A stretch of 64,000 bases of DNA from a bacterium (GCA_963623095.1 CAVFKD010000002.1:8615-72614); one strand, 5' to 3'; positions 31,695-43,484 are shown, numbered from the stretch's first letter. Notes: a model not told the origin generated them from the letters alone. Made by a program: numbers and translations.

Positions 31695-31838
31695 TTTTAA
31701 TCTCCTTCTTGTCTAGATCGTTGTTAGACTTCCGCTTCATGTGAGTTACCTGAATTTCGAAGTTTCGTTGCGGCTGACAACGGCTGTCGGCGTTCAGCAA
31801 TCTCCCACTTCAACGCGGTTAATCTTTTAAAGACTAGC
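31695..31838 (-). promoter_or_regulatory. Structured, comparatively GC-rich 5' leader of the S10 operon
   Basis: About 140 nt between the predicted transcription start and the rpsJ ATG. Nested complementarities on the minus strand are CCGC...GCGG, CTGAA...TTCAG, GACA-GCCGT-TGTC and GTCTA...TAGAC, the last just before the SD. Confidence 0.5.
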
Positions 31839-31844
31839 CCCTAA

Positions 31845-31873
31845 ATAATACTAGAAGCCAATATAGATGTCAA
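31845..31873 (-). promoter_or_regulatory. Promoter of the S10-spc-alpha cluster
   Basis: Minus strand reads TTGACA, 17 nt, TATTAT, with an A/T-rich UP-like tract upstream. Confidence 0.65.
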
Positions 31874-32013
31874 CTATTTTTTTCAAATATTTTATGCATT
31901 TAATAATTAAATATTTTTTTCAATACATAATATATTATATATATTATATATATCGTTATTTTTTTATCATATAATTGACAACATTTATAGGCGTTTCATA
32001 AATTTGTTGAAAG

Positions 32014-32058
32014 AAAAAATAGCCTACAATGAGTGTGATTTTCACTCATTTTTGGCTA
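32014..32058 (-). terminator. Terminator after the tgt-queA-queH-unknown operon
   Basis: Minus strand has nested stems TAGCC...GGCTA and AATGAGTG-AAAATCA-CACTCATT, followed by TTTTTTCTTT. Confidence 0.75.
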
Positions 32059-32063
32059 TTTTA

Positions 32064-32723
32064 TTAGTCTTTTATACCGAATAATATGGTTTCGTAGATG
32101 TCTTTTGTGGTCTCTTTACCTAATTTTTTGACAAATAAATCAGTAGAAACACCTCCAAAAGTTAATAAATCATGAACATAATTCTCATTTTTTTGATGTT
32201 TTTGTTCTACATTTACGTCTTTAGAAGATAAATATTCATTAATTACTAAATTAAAATATCTATTAGTTTGTTCTTCTAATAATGCTAAGTCAGATTTACT
32301 ATGTGCTAGTTTTCTTACGCTGCTTGGTAATAAATACTTATCCATTTCACTTTCTTTTGGTTGATAGTTTTCAATATCTTTAATAGGAAAACTAGAAGTA
32401 ATATAAGAAGAATAATCTTTTTTCTCTTCTACAAATGTATCATATATTTCATATAGATAATATTTCTTACCCATCATATGCATCATGTCATAAGAAAATA
32501 AAGGTATATCTTTAGAAGAAGATGTTAATACAACTGTGTTGAGTTTAATTAAACCCATCATCCCTTTACCTTCTAATATAGATAAAGAAGTATTTTCATC
32601 TAATTTGAATTTTCTAAAATGTACCTTAATAGGTCCTACTTTGTAAGAAGCTTTAGATTTTAAATCAATCTCTTCTAATTTAGTTTTAGAAGAAAATAGT
32701 TCTAATATTTTATTTATTTCCAT
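32064..32723 (-). CDS. Hypothetical soluble protein, 219 aa, translationally coupled to queH (motif-level resemblance to ferredoxin-dependent bilin reductase fold)
   Basis: Its ATG overlaps the 3' end of queH by 14 nt. Motifs HFRKFKL and DIPLFSYDMM...EIYDT recall the PcyA-type motifs FRKMHLE and GLPLFGCDIV...ADLSP. This comparison is from memory, not from a search. Confidence 0.5.
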   Translation of the reverse strand: MEINKILELFSSKTKLEEIDLKSKASYKVGPIKVHFRKFKLDENTSLSILEGKGMMGLIKLNTVVLTSSSKDIPLFSYDMMHMMGKKYYLYEIYDTFVEEKKDYSSYITSSFPIKDIENYQPKESEMDKYLLPSSVRKLAHSKSDLALLEEQTNRYFNLVINEYLSSKDVNVEQKHQKNENYVHDLLTFGGVSTDLFVKKLGKETTKDIYETILFGIKD

Positions 32724-33405
32724 CTTGCTCTTCCTTCTCTTTCAATCTTTTTAAATATCTTGCATAAGAATAAATACAACCGCAGTATTGTTGGGCATAT
32801 AAATCATATTCTTTTCTAAGTTCACTAGCTCTTAATTGTCCATTGTTCTTTTTAAAATCAGAATAGAAATATTTAGTCTTATATTTGCTAGATAAATCTT
32901 TTCCTATTTGATTCATTACCTGTGAGTTTTTTTGTCTTGAAATAGTCATGACTGTAGTAAAGTAATCAAAATTATGTGCATTCGCATAAGCATATGCTTC
33001 ATCCATTCTTACTCTATAACATCTTTTACATCTATCAAGTCCTTCATCTTGATCACCATATTCATCAAGAATCTTGTTATAGGATTTATTATCATAAGGG
33101 AATTCAACAAGTTCAATATCAAAATTATATTTCTCTTTTGATATCTTTATAACCTTTTTTAATTCACCAAGTCTTCTTACATATTCCTCTTCAGGATAAA
33201 TATTTGAGTTGGTATAGATAATAGTCGCTTTAGAAAAATACTTACTTAAAAATTCTAAAGGGAAGCAAGCACAAGGTCCGCAACAAGCATGAAGAGCAAT
33301 AGAAGGTTTATTATCACCAAAAGATTTAATCTCTTCTAATGATATATTGTAATAATTAATATAATTAGTCTTATCGATTACCATAAATAAACATTGCATC
33401 TCCAA
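32710..33405 (-). CDS. queH: Epoxyqueuosine reductase QueH (DUF208 type)
   Basis: Contains [18 protein letters not shown] and YCGC Cys motifs. The start is uncertain: TTG 33405, ATG 33399 or ATG 33384. Confidence 0.85.
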   Translation of the reverse strand: MEMQCLFMVIDKTNYINYYNISLEEIKSFGDNKPSIALHACCGPCACFPLEFLSKYFSKATIIYTNSNIYPEEEYVRRLGELKKVIKISKEKYNFDIELVEFPYDNKSYNKILDEYGDQDEGLDRCKRCYRVRMDEAYAYANAHNFDYFTTVMTISRQKNSQVMNQIGKDLSSKYKTKYFYSDFKKNNGQLRASELRKEYDLYAQQYCGCIYSYARYLKRLKEKEEQDGNK

Positions 33406-34423
33406 AGCTAAAGAAACGATATTTTTCTTTTACAGCTTCATTATATGCTTTTAAAATAAATTCTCTACCTGCAAGTGCACTTACTAACATAATTAAAGTA
33501 GATTTAGGTAAATGGAAATTAGTAATTAAAGCATCAATTCCTTTAAATGTATAACCAGGGTAAATAAAGATTGATGTTTCTCCATGGCACTTTTTAAATT
33601 CGCCATACTTTTGAATAACTGTTTCTACAGTTCTAGTGGAAGTAGTACCAATTGCGATAATTCTTCTTCCTTCTTTTTTTGCTTTATTTAAAACATCCGC
33701 GGTTTCTTGACTCATTTCATATACTTCTGAATGCATATGATGATCTAAAATATTATTAACTTTAACAGGTCTAAATGTACCAAGACCTACGTGTAAAGTA
33801 ACATCAACTACTTCAACACCTTTTGCTTTTAATTTTTCAAATAATTCTTCAGTAAAATGGAATCCTGCCGTAGGAGCTGCTGCGCTACCTTCTATTTTTG
33901 CATAGACTGTTTGATAACGTGAATTATCCGCGCATTGAGCTTTAATATATGGAGGTAAAGGCATTTTACCTAATACATCTAATATTTCAAATAAGATACC
34001 GTTATAGATTAATTTAAATCTTCTAATTCCTTCATCAAGGACTTCTTTACATTGTGCTTTTAATTCACCATTACCAAAAGAAATAATAGTACCTACTTTA
34101 ATAACATGAGCATTACCGCATAAGCATTCCCATGTATCTTCACCTAAATCTTTTAAAAGTAAAACTTCTACATGAGCGTTTGTTTCTTCTTTAGTTCCAA
34201 ATAATCTTGCAGGAATAACCTTAGAATTATTTCTAACTAAAACATCACCTTCATGAAGATAAGAAACAATATCATAGAAATGATGATGTTCAATAGTTTG
34301 TTCATCTTTATTTAAAACCATTAATCTAGATTCATCTCTTACTTTTGCAGGGCTTTGAGCGATTAATTCTTCTGGTAAATAATAATCGTAGTTTTCAATA
34401 TTCATTAAATCTATTTCTGCCAT
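33371..34423 (-). CDS. queA: S-adenosylmethionine:tRNA ribosyltransferase-isomerase
   Basis: ORF track extends to TTG 34447. ATG 34423 ([23 protein letters not shown]...) is preceded by AGAGGA. Contains GFHFT and AIGTTSTR. Confidence 0.93.
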   Translation of the reverse strand: MAEIDLMNIENYDYYLPEELIAQSPAKVRDESRLMVLNKDEQTIEHHHFYDIVSYLHEGDVLVRNNSKVIPARLFGTKEETNAHVEVLLLKDLGEDTWECLCGNAHVIKVGTIISFGNGELKAQCKEVLDEGIRRFKLIYNGILFEILDVLGKMPLPPYIKAQCADNSRYQTVYAKIEGSAAAPTAGFHFTEELFEKLKAKGVEVVDVTLHVGLGTFRPVKVNNILDHHMHSEVYEMSQETADVLNKAKKEGRRIIAIGTTSTRTVETVIQKYGEFKKCHGETSIFIYPGYTFKGIDALITNFHLPKSTLIMLVSALAGREFILKAYNEAVKEKYRFFSFGDAMFIYGNR

Positions 34424-34424
34424 A

Positions 34425-35564
<1,140 letters not shown>

Positions 35565-35604
35565 CTAAAATTGCTTATTTATTATACTTTAGTAATTTTA
35601 TTTT

Positions 35605-36027
35605 TTAAACAATTATTCCTAATGTATGATCTATTTCATGCTGAATAATTTGAGAAGTAAAGCCTTCAAATGTTTTAATTCTCTTTTTAAAATCTTCATC
35701 CAGATATTCTACTTTAATCTTATCATATCTTTTTGTTTCTATTTGTTTCGTTCTACAAAGGCATCCTTCTTTAGTAATATAAGGCAATCCAAATGTATTT
35801 ATGATCTTGGGATTAACCATAATAAAAGGCTTATTATCAATTAAAATGACTATGATATTCTTTAATTCACCAATCATATTCCCAGCCATACCAACGCAGC
35901 GAGATTTATTAGCCATTAATGTATCTTTTAAATCAATTATAATATTCTTATCTAAAATAGAAGCATCTTCACTTTTAATAGAAAGAAAGTTATCATCTTT
36001 AATAATATTTCTAATCATATTCATCAC
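35605..36027 (-). CDS. def: Short, divergent peptide deformylase-like protein (140 aa)
   Basis: Motif 2 is EGCLC and motif 3 is QHEIDH. Motif 1 is degenerate: GMAGNMIG in place of the canonical G-x-G-x-A-A-x-Q. Confidence 0.7.
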   Translation of the reverse strand: MMNMIRNIIKDDNFLSIKSEDASILDKNIIIDLKDTLMANKSRCVGMAGNMIGELKNIIVILIDNKPFIMVNPKIINTFGLPYITKEGCLCRTKQIETKRYDKIKVEYLDEDFKKRIKTFEGFTSQIIQHEIDHTLGIIV

Positions 36028-36042
36028 CTATTTAATTATATC

Positions 36043-36063
36043 AAAAAAGAGGCCTAAGCCTCT
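36043..36063 (-). terminator. Terminator after amino-acid ABC operon
   Basis: Minus strand reads AGAGGC-TTAG-GCCTCT followed by TTTTTT. Confidence 0.75.
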
Positions 36064-36066
36064 ATA

Positions 36067-36804
36067 TTAATTATTTAAGAAACGTTTTAAGAATTCTTTA
36101 GTTCTTTCACTCTTAGGGTTATTAAATACTTCATCAGAAGTACCCATTTCTTCAATAACACCTTTATCCATAAATACAACCTTAGTTGCGATTTCTTTTG
36201 CAAAAGCCATTTCATGGGTAACAATAACCATAGTGATATGTTCTTTCGCTAAAGATTTGATAACATCTAAAACTTCTCCAACCATTTCAGGGTCTAAAGC
36301 TGAAGTAGGTTCATCAAATAAAATGACATCTGGATTCATACATAAACTACGAGCGATCGCGACACGTTGTTTTTGTCCACCAGAGATTTGATTTACGCGA
36401 TAAGAAGCTCTATCAAGCATTCCAACTCTTTCAAGATTTTTTAAAGCAATTTCTTTTGCTTCTTCTTTACTTCTATGAAGTACTTTTGTTTGAGCGAGAA
36501 TACAATTATCTAAAACACTATAATTATTGAATAGATTAAATTGTTGGAAAACCATCGACATTCTTTCTCTTACTTTATTGATATTAACGTTTTTATTGTT
36601 ATTAATCTTTTCACCTTCAAAATAGATTTCGCCACTTGAAGGTACTTCAAGTAAATTTAAGCATCTAAGCAAAGTAGATTTACCACTTCCTGAACTACCG
36701 ATAATACAAACAATTTCACCTTTTTCAATAGATAAATCAATACCTTTTAATACTTCTAAAGAACCAAAATGTTTTTGTAAATTAACAATATCAATAACAC
36801 CCAT
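36067..36804 (-). CDS. Polar amino-acid ABC transporter ATP-binding protein (GlnQ-type)
   Basis: Contains [22 protein letters not shown] and [11 protein letters not shown]. Confidence 0.92.
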   Translation of the reverse strand: MGVIDIVNLQKHFGSLEVLKGIDLSIEKGEIVCIIGSSGSGKSTLLRCLNLLEVPSSGEIYFEGEKINNNKNVNINKVRERMSMVFQQFNLFNNYSVLDNCILAQTKVLHRSKEEAKEIALKNLERVGMLDRASYRVNQISGGQKQRVAIARSLCMNPDVILFDEPTSALDPEMVGEVLDVIKSLAKEHITMVIVTHEMAFAKEIATKVVFMDKGVIEEMGTSDEVFNNPKSERTKEFLKRFLNN

Positions 36805-36805
36805 A

Positions 36806-37585
36806 TTAATTTACCTCCACGATTGGTCTTTCTTTTTTAAATGGATTAAGACTTACTTTCTTTCCATCTAATTTTGCATTAATAATACGGACAATAAATG
36901 TTGCGATTAATGTTAAAACTAAATAAATAACTGCGATAATGATATAACCTTCAACTTTGAAATAGTTTCTATTAGTTGCGATACTAACAGAAGCATATAA
37001 TTCAGTTAAACCAATAACATTTAAAACAGATGAATCTTTAACATTAACAATATATTCATTTAAAATAGTAGGTAATGCATTTCTTAATGCTTGAGGCATA
37101 ATGACAAATACCATTGTTTTAAAATAGCTCATACCTAAGCTTCTTGCAGCTTCTTCTTGTCCTTTATCAACGCCGTTAAGACCTGAACGAACAATTTCTG
37201 ACATATAAGCACCTGTATTAATAACAATAACAATAATGCCACATAAGAAATATCCATTAAATATCCATACATTTCCTAAATCAGTCCAATTGATACCAAG
37301 CGCAGATCCTCCAAAGAAGAAAATCATTGCTTGAACCATCATTGGAGTGCCTCTAAAGACATTGACATAGATTGTAGATAAGAACTTACCTATAGATTTA
37401 AATACTTTAACAACTTTTGAATCAGTTTCTTTTAATTCCATATTTCTAAGTAAAGCAACAAAGATTCCTATGATCATACCACATAAAGTACCTACTATCG
37501 CAAGTATTAATGTGGAAGCAATACCTTCTAGGAATGTTTGCCAATAATTAGATAATAAGGATACAATTTTATCCCACGAACTCAT
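36806..37585 (-). CDS. Polar amino-acid ABC transporter permease (HisM/GlnP-type)
   Basis: Polytopic, with EAA loop [25 protein letters not shown]. Confidence 0.9.
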   Translation of the reverse strand: MSSWDKIVSLLSNYWQTFLEGIASTLILAIVGTLCGMIIGIFVALLRNMELKETDSKVVKVFKSIGKFLSTIYVNVFRGTPMMVQAMIFFFGGSALGINWTDLGNVWIFNGYFLCGIIVIVINTGAYMSEIVRSGLNGVDKGQEEAARSLGMSYFKTMVFVIMPQALRNALPTILNEYIVNVKDSSVLNVIGLTELYASVSIATNRNYFKVEGYIIIAVIYLVLTLIATFIVRIINAKLDGKKVSLNPFKKERPIVEVN

Positions 37586-37587
37586 TT

Positions 37588-38457
37588 TTAGTTACTTCCA
37601 TTAACAATTGATGTCGCAACTGGTAATTCTGCAGTCATTGCATCTGCAGTTTTATTTTGAACTGCAAGAGCGCATGTTGCGAATGTATCTAATGCAGATA
37701 AGTGAGTTACGTTATAAGAATCTTTCCAAGAATCAATTACATCATCAGTAACTGTTGAAACTTGAGATACAATCTTTGCCCCATTAAAATCACTTAATGA
37801 AGTTGCACTTGCATATTTAGAATCTTCTCTAACAACTAAAACTAATTCACTTCTATAATATTCGTTTGTAAAATCAATTGATTGTCTTCTTTCTTCAGTA
37901 TCTGTCATACCTGCGATAACTAAATCAATTGTATCTGAATTTAATGCTGGAATTAAAGCTTCCCAATCTAATTTAACGATTTCAAGATTGTATCCTAAAT
38001 TTGAAGCTAAATAACTTGCAACTTGGATATCATATCCATCTGCATATTGGTTAGTACCTTTGATTGGATAGTTATAATCATTATCTGATACATCAGTCCA
38101 GTTAAATGGTGCATAATCGCATTCAAGACCAACTTTAATTGTCTTTGTCGCATTAGTTGGGACTGTGTATTTTAATGTAGAAGTTGAATAGTCTCCGTTG
38201 GATCTATTTGTTGCTTCTAACATTAATTGATTTCTTGTATCTTGTGATAAAGCTTCTAAAGCAGTATTAACTTCATTTAATAATTCTGTTTTACCCTTTT
38301 TAACACCGATTGATACGCCTAAATCTTTTGCGCTATCACCTAAGATAGTTTGATCAAAATGAATGATTTTTAATTTTGAAGAAGATGAAGAACAGCTTCC
38401 TAATGAAAACATACTTGCTGCAGCAAGGAATGACTTTAAAAATAAATTTCTACTCAT
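37588..38457 (-). CDS. Polar amino-acid ABC transporter substrate-binding lipoprotein (family 3)
   Basis: Lipobox FSLGSC. Contains LECDYAPFNW and IAGMTDTEERR. Confidence 0.88.
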   Translation of the reverse strand: MSRNLFLKSFLAAASMFSLGSCSSSSSKLKIIHFDQTILGDSAKDLGVSIGVKKGKTELLNEVNTALEALSQDTRNQLMLEATNRSNGDYSTSTLKYTVPTNATKTIKVGLECDYAPFNWTDVSDNDYNYPIKGTNQYADGYDIQVASYLASNLGYNLEIVKLDWEALIPALNSDTIDLVIAGMTDTEERRQSIDFTNEYYRSELVLVVREDSKYASATSLSDFNGAKIVSQVSTVTDDVIDSWKDSYNVTHLSALDTFATCALAVQNKTADAMTAELPVATSIVNGSN

Positions 38458-38491
38458 ACAATTACCTCCTATTTATTTTTAAGATTGGTAA

Positions 38492-38693
38492 TAAAAAAGC
38501 GTCTTTCGACGCTCATAATACATATTGATTTAATGTATCTAGCGCCTCTACATAAAATGTAGGAGTATTATAGGTATTTCCTATAATCCCACGCATGTAT
38601 TATGCCTAATACACCGTTCGGCGATGGTTACCTTTCCTTTACTTCAATGGATGCCTCCTAGGTAAAGTACTCTTTTGCATCGCTACCTCTATC
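38492..38693 (-). promoter_or_regulatory. Lysine (L-box) riboswitch with intrinsic terminator
   Basis: Minus strand begins GATAGAGGTAGCGATGCAAAAGAGTAC, then contains CATCGCCGAACGG and GCGTGGGATTATAGGAAATACCTATAATACTCC, then CTACA-TTTTA-TGTAG, and ends AGGCGCTAGAT. This matches my memory of the lysC L-box blocks AGAGGNGC...GAGUA, GCCGAAG, the P4 hairpin, the P5 hairpin and GAGAGC. The terminator AGCGTC-GAAA-GACGCT plus T6 follows. Confidence 0.7.
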
Positions 38694-38708
38694 TTTTTTA
38701 TTGTCATT

Positions 38709-38737
38709 ATAATAATGATATATAAATACAATTTCAA
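38709..38737 (-). promoter_or_regulatory. Promoter of the riboswitch-ABC transcript
   Basis: Minus strand reads TTGAAA, 17 nt, TATTAT, about 15 nt upstream of the riboswitch P1. Confidence 0.5.
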
Positions 38738-38853
38738 CAATTTTATAATAATTTTTTATTTTTATTGTTATAAGCTATACCCATTTCAAAATAAAAGTAA
38801 GCAAAATAGCCTAATTTAATAGATATATCAATAGATATTTTGTTCTTGAGAAA

Positions 38854-38886
38854 TCAAAAAAAGACTATCGATTTCTCGATAGTCTT
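38854..38886 (-). terminator. Terminator after tuf
   Basis: Minus strand reads AAGACTATCGA-GAAA-TCGATAGTCTT followed by TTTTTTT. Confidence 0.85.
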
Positions 38887-38906
38887 TGAACATACAATTT
38901 ATAAAA

Positions 38907-40091
38907 CTATTTAATAATTTCTGAAACTGTACCAGCACCAACTGTTCTACCACCTTCACGGATTGAGAACTTTGTACCTTTTTCAATAGCAACTGGGTGA
39001 ATTAATTCAACTGTTAAGTTAACGTTATCACCTGGCATAACCATTTCTGTTCCTTCTGGAAGAGTAATGACACCTGTAATATCAGTTGTACGGAAATAGA
39101 ATTGTGGTCTGTAGTTTGTTAAGAATGCAGTATGACGTCCACCTTCTTCTTTTGTTAATACGTAAACAGAAGCTGTGAATTTTGTATGTGGAGTAACTGT
39201 ACCAGGTTTTGCTAAGACTTGTCCACGGACGACTTGGTCACGGTTGACACCTCTTAATAAGATACCAGCGTTATCGCCTGCTTCAGCAAAGTCTAATGTC
39301 TTTCTGAACATTTCAATACCTGTAACAACAGATTTTAATGTATCTTTGATACCGACGATTTCAACTTCGTCACCCATCTTGATTGTACCACGTTCAACTC
39401 TACCAGTTACAACAGTACCACGACCTGTAATTGTTAAGACGTCTTCGATAGCAAGTAAGAATGGTTTATCTGTATCTCTTGTTGGAGCTGGGATATAAGA
39501 ATCACATGCATCCATTAAGTCTAAAATGTGTTGTTCTTCTGTTGGATCACCATCAAGAGCTTTTCTAGCAGAACCTCTGATGATTGGAGTTTCGTCTCCT
39601 GGGAAACCATAAGAATTTAAGATTTCTCTAACATCCATTTCAACTAAGTCGATTAATTCTGGATCATCAACTAAGTCAATTTTATTTAAGAATACTACGA
39701 TGTATGGAACACCAACTTGTCTAGCAAGTAAGATGTGTTCTTTTGTTTGTGGCATAACACCATCAGTTGCAGCAACAACTAAGATAGCGCCATCCATTTG
39801 TGCAGCACCAGTAATCATGTTTTTAACATAGTCAGCGTGGCCTGGGCAGTCAACGTGAGCATAGTGTCTTGTTGCTGTTTGGTATTCAATGTGAGCTGTG
39901 TTAATTGTAATACCACGAGCTTTTTCTTCTGGAGCAGCATCGATTTGGTCGTATGCTTTCTTTTCTGATAAGCCCTTTTTAGCTAATACTGTAGTAATAG
40001 CAGCTGTTAAAGTAGTTTTACCGTGGTCAACGTGGCCGATTGTACCAATGTTAACGTGGGTTTTACTTCTGTCAAATTTTTCTTTTGCCAT
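38907..40091 (-). CDS. tuf: Elongation factor Tu
   Basis: Contains [18 protein letters not shown] and NKIDLV. Confidence 0.98.
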   Translation of the reverse strand: MAKEKFDRSKTHVNIGTIGHVDHGKTTLTAAITTVLAKKGLSEKKAYDQIDAAPEEKARGITINTAHIEYQTATRHYAHVDCPGHADYVKNMITGAAQMDGAILVVAATDGVMPQTKEHILLARQVGVPYIVVFLNKIDLVDDPELIDLVEMDVREILNSYGFPGDETPIIRGSARKALDGDPTEEQHILDLMDACDSYIPAPTRDTDKPFLLAIEDVLTITGRGTVVTGRVERGTIKMGDEVEIVGIKDTLKSVVTGIEMFRKTLDFAEAGDNAGILLRGVNRDQVVRGQVLAKPGTVTPHTKFTASVYVLTKEEGGRHTAFLTNYRPQFYFRTTDITGVITLPEGTEMVMPGDNVNLTVELIHPVAIEKGTKFSIREGGRTVGAGTVSEIIK

Positions 40092-40134
40092 TGTTTGAAT
40101 TCCTCCCTAAGTTAATTTGAATTTCAACGTATTT

Positions 40135-40163
40135 ATAATATAGCATTTTTTAAGTAAAATCAA
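40135..40163 (-). promoter_or_regulatory. Candidate internal promoter for tuf
   Basis: Minus strand reads TTGATT, 17 nt, TATTAT, in the fusA-tuf spacer. Confidence 0.45.
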
Positions 40164-40187
40164 TACTATTAAAATAGAATTTAATTA

Positions 40188-42299
40188 TTACTTTTGTGAT
40201 TTTTTAATAATTTCGTCTTGGATATATTTTGGACATTCTGCGTAATGATCCATTTCCATTGTGTAGTTTGCTCTACCTTTTGTCATAGATCTTAAGTCAG
40301 TAACGTAACCGAACATATTTGCAAGTGGAACCATTGCATCAAGAATTTGAGCGTTACCTCTTTCTGTTTGTCCTTGGATTTCACCTCTTCTTGAAGAGAT
40401 ATCACCCATGACATCACCTAAGTATTCAGATGGAGTTGTAACTTCAACTTTTACGATAGGTTCAAGGATAACTGGATCACACTTTCTAGCAGCTTCTTTT
40501 AACGCTAATGAAGCAGCGACTTTATAAGCAGCTTCAGAAGAGTCAACATCATGGTAAGAACCATCATGTAATGTTGCTTTAATATCAATGATTGGGAATC
40601 CTGCGACTAAACCTCTATCTAATGATTCTTTTAAACCATCACATGTAGGTTTGATGAATTCTCTAGGAACAACACCACCGACAACTGCATCGACGAATTC
40701 GAAACCTTTGCCTGGGTTTGGTTCAAAGTTAATCCATACGTGACCATATTGACCATGACCACCAGATTGTTTAATGTATTTACCTTCACAGTCTGCAGTT
40801 TTACGGATTGTTTCTCTGTAAGCAACTTGTGGAGCACCAACATTAACATCAACTTTGAATTCATCTTTTAATCTTGTAACCATAACATCAAGGTGTAATT
40901 CACCAACACCAGCGATGATGTTTTGGCCTGTTTCTTTATCTGTATAGAATCTGAAAGTTGGGTCTTCTTCTGATAATTTGATTAAACCTTGAGTCATCTT
41001 ATCTTGGTCAGCTTTTGATTTTGGTTCAATAGCTTCTGAGATAACTGGATCAGAGAATTTAATTGATTCAAGAACGATTGGATGATCTTCATCACATAAT
41101 GTATCACCTGTTGTAGTTGATTTTAGACCAACTGCAGCACCGATATCACCTGCCCAAACTTCGTCAACTTCTTCTCTCTTGTTTGAGTTCATAATAACTA
41201 AACGTGAGAATCTTTCTTTTACACCTTTTGTTGAGTTGTAAACATATGAACCAGCTTTAGCAACACCAGAATAAACTCTGAAGAATGCTAATTTACCAAT
41301 GAATGGGTCAGTCATAATCTTGAATGCTAATGCTGCTAAAGGAGCATCATCTGTAGGTTCACATTCGACTGTTTCACCTAAATCATTTGTACCTGTTGTA
41401 TGTGCAATATCAACTGGTGAAGGTAAGTAATCAACAACAGCATCAAGTACTTGTTGGATACCTTTATTCTTATAAGCTGAACCTGCTAAAACTGGGAAGA
41501 ATTCTGCAGTTAAAACAGCTTTTCTAATTGTAGCTTTGATTTCTGGAATAGTTGGTTCTTCACCTTCTAATACTTTCATCATGAAATCGTCATCAAAGTT
41601 AGCTAATTTTTCAATTAATTCAGCTCTTAATTCTTTACAGCGACCTAAATATTCTTCAGGGATTTCGCCTTCAGTTGGGTGTTCACCTTTTGTATCTGAA
41701 TAGAAGTAAGCCTTCATTTCGATAATATCGATAACACCTTTTAATTGTGATTCAAGACCAATTGGGTAAGCAATAGGAGCAGCATTAGCGCCTAATTTTT
41801 CACCAATTGAACGGACTGACATTTCGAAGTCAGCACCGATTGCGTCTAATTTGTTAACGAAAACAATTCTAGGAACGTGGTATTTTGTACCTTGTCTCCA
41901 AACTGTTTCAGTTTGTGGTTCAACACCGTTTTTACCATCAAGAACAGTAACAGCACCATCAAGAACACGAAGTGAACGTTCAACTTCAGCAGTGAAGTCA
42001 ACGTGACCAGGAGTGTCGATTAAATTGATACGGTATTTTTCACCTGTACCGCCGTTACCATTGTCTTTCCATTGGTTCTTTTCCCAATAGCAAGTTGTAG
42101 CAGCAGAAGTAATTGTAATACCTCTATCTTGTTCTTGTTTCATCCAGTCCATAGTAGCGCCGCCATCATGAACTTCGCCGATTTTGTAAATTTTACCAGT
42201 GTAGAATAAGATTCTTTCTGAAGTAGTAGTTTTACCAGCATCAATGTGAGCCATGATACCGATATTACGTGTCATATTAATACTTACATCACGTGCCAT
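40188..42299 (-). CDS. fusA: Elongation factor G (with ~13-aa G-domain insertion)
   Basis: Contains [18 protein letters not shown] and NKLD. Insertion [15 protein letters not shown] lies before [11 protein letters not shown]. Confidence 0.97.
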   Translation of the reverse strand: MARDVSINMTRNIGIMAHIDAGKTTTSERILFYTGKIYKIGEVHDGGATMDWMKQEQDRGITITSAATTCYWEKNQWKDNGNGGTGEKYRINLIDTPGHVDFTAEVERSLRVLDGAVTVLDGKNGVEPQTETVWRQGTKYHVPRIVFVNKLDAIGADFEMSVRSIGEKLGANAAPIAYPIGLESQLKGVIDIIEMKAYFYSDTKGEHPTEGEIPEEYLGRCKELRAELIEKLANFDDDFMMKVLEGEEPTIPEIKATIRKAVLTAEFFPVLAGSAYKNKGIQQVLDAVVDYLPSPVDIAHTTGTNDLGETVECEPTDDAPLAALAFKIMTDPFIGKLAFFRVYSGVAKAGSYVYNSTKGVKERFSRLVIMNSNKREEVDEVWAGDIGAAVGLKSTTTGDTLCDEDHPIVLESIKFSDPVISEAIEPKSKADQDKMTQGLIKLSEEDPTFRFYTDKETGQNIIAGVGELHLDVMVTRLKDEFKVDVNVGAPQVAYRETIRKTADCEGKYIKQSGGHGQYGHVWINFEPNPGKGFEFVDAVVGGVVPREFIKPTCDGLKESLDRGLVAGFPIIDIKATLHDGSYHDVDSSEAAYKVAASLALKEAARKCDPVILEPIVKVEVTTPSEYLGDVMGDISSRRGEIQGQTERGNAQILDAMVPLANMFGYVTDLRSMTKGRANYTMEMDHYAECPKYIQDEIIKKSQK

Positions 42300-42319
42300 A
42301 TCTTAGTTCCCCTTTAAAA

Positions 42320-42790
42320 TTACCATCTGTAATGAGCGTAAGCCTTATTAGCTTCAGCCATCTTGTGGACATCTTCTCTCTTCTTGACAGAAGCGCCTGT
42401 ACCATTAGCAGCATCAATGATTTCTCCTGCTAATTTGTCTTCCATTGTTTTTTCGTTTCTTAAACGTGAATAGTTAACTAACCATCTTAAGCCTAAAGTA
42501 ACTCTACGTTCTGCAGATACTTCGACTGGGACTTGGTAGTTAGAACCTCCAACTCTTCTCATTTTTAATTCAAGAGCTGGCATGATATTACCTAAAGCAA
42601 CTTCGAAAACTTCCATTGCAGGTTTTTGTGTTTTTGCTTCAACTTTATTGAAAGCACTATATAAGATAGTTTGAGCTGTGCCCTTTTTACCATCTATCAT
42701 GATTTTGTTGATTAAACGTGTTACTAATTTTGAATTGTAAATTGGATCTGGTAACACATCGCGTTTTGCGACATTTCCTCTACGTGGCAT
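42320..42790 (-). CDS. rpsG: 30S ribosomal protein S7
   Basis: ORF-track translation, in the str operon position. Confidence 0.97.
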   Translation of the reverse strand: MPRRGNVAKRDVLPDPIYNSKLVTRLINKIMIDGKKGTAQTILYSAFNKVEAKTQKPAMEVFEVALGNIMPALELKMRRVGGSNYQVPVEVSAERRVTLGLRWLVNYSRLRNEKTMEDKLAGEIIDAANGTGASVKKREDVHKMAEANKAYAHYRW

Positions 42791-42851
42791 TAAAAATCCT
42801 CCTTTCCATTTTTATAATAATAGAATTTTTATTACGTATTTATTTTGCTAA

Positions 42852-43271
42852 CTATTTAGCAGCTTTTGGTTTTTTAGTACCGTATAATGATCTACCTTGT
42901 TTTCTGTCTGTTACACCAGCGCAATCTAATGCACCTCTAACAATGTGGTAACGTACACCAGGTAAATCCTTAACTCTACCGCCTCTGATTAAAACAGTGC
43001 TGTGTTCTTGTAAGTTATGGCCTTCTCCACCGATATAAGCTGTAACTTCGTATCCGTTTGATAAACGTACACGAGCATACTTACGTAAAGCTGAGTTAGG
43101 TTTCTTAGGAGTCATAGTACCAACACGGGTACAGACACCACGTTTTTGTGCAGCATTTTGATCTGTTGTTTTCTTTGCGAGTGAGTTCCATCTTTTATTT
43201 AAAGCTGGGGCTTTGGATTTTTCAACTGTTTCTGAACGTCCATTACGAACTAATTGATTAATTGTAGGCAT
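42852..43271 (-). CDS. rpsL: 30S ribosomal protein S12
   Basis: Starts MPTINQLVR and contains [10 protein letters not shown]. Confidence 0.97.
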   Translation of the reverse strand: MPTINQLVRNGRSETVEKSKAPALNKRWNSLAKKTTDQNAAQKRGVCTRVGTMTPKKPNSALRKYARVRLSNGYEVTAYIGGEGHNLQEHSTVLIRGGRVKDLPGVRYHIVRGALDCAGVTDRKQGRSLYGTKKPKAAK

Positions 43272-43381
43272 TTTTGAAAATCCTCCTTTCTTCTATATCT
43301 TGTAAGCCACATTACCGGGTGTTCCAACTATCTTGTTAAAAAATAGCGTAATCGCCCTATAATTTTGGCACACGCTCGATA

Positions 43382-43410
43382 AGTATATAATACTAATAAT
43401 TCTTTGACAA
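43382..43410 (-). promoter_or_regulatory. Candidate promoter of the rpsL-rpsG-fusA(-tuf) operon
   Basis: Minus strand reads TTGTCA, 17 nt, TATACT, leaving a leader of about 105 nt. Confidence 0.5.
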
Positions 43411-43484
43411 GTGTTTTTTTGAAATTTTTTCATTTTTTAAAACACCCGGCTCGGTTATCTTAAAATCAATATAATTATAATATG

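Noticed and set aside
31921-31960. ATATATTATATATATTATATATAT tract, considered as a possible repeat or CRISPR-like element.
   Set aside because: It is a simple A/T dinucleotide-type low-complexity sequence upstream of the S10 promoter. It has no spacer-repeat periodicity and is probably UP-element or curved DNA.
38492-38693. Initial reading of this leader as a T-box.
   Set aside because: It lacks the T-box sequence (GGTGGTACC-like), a specifier-loop architecture and an antiterminator bulge. The sequence blocks fit the lysine L-box instead.
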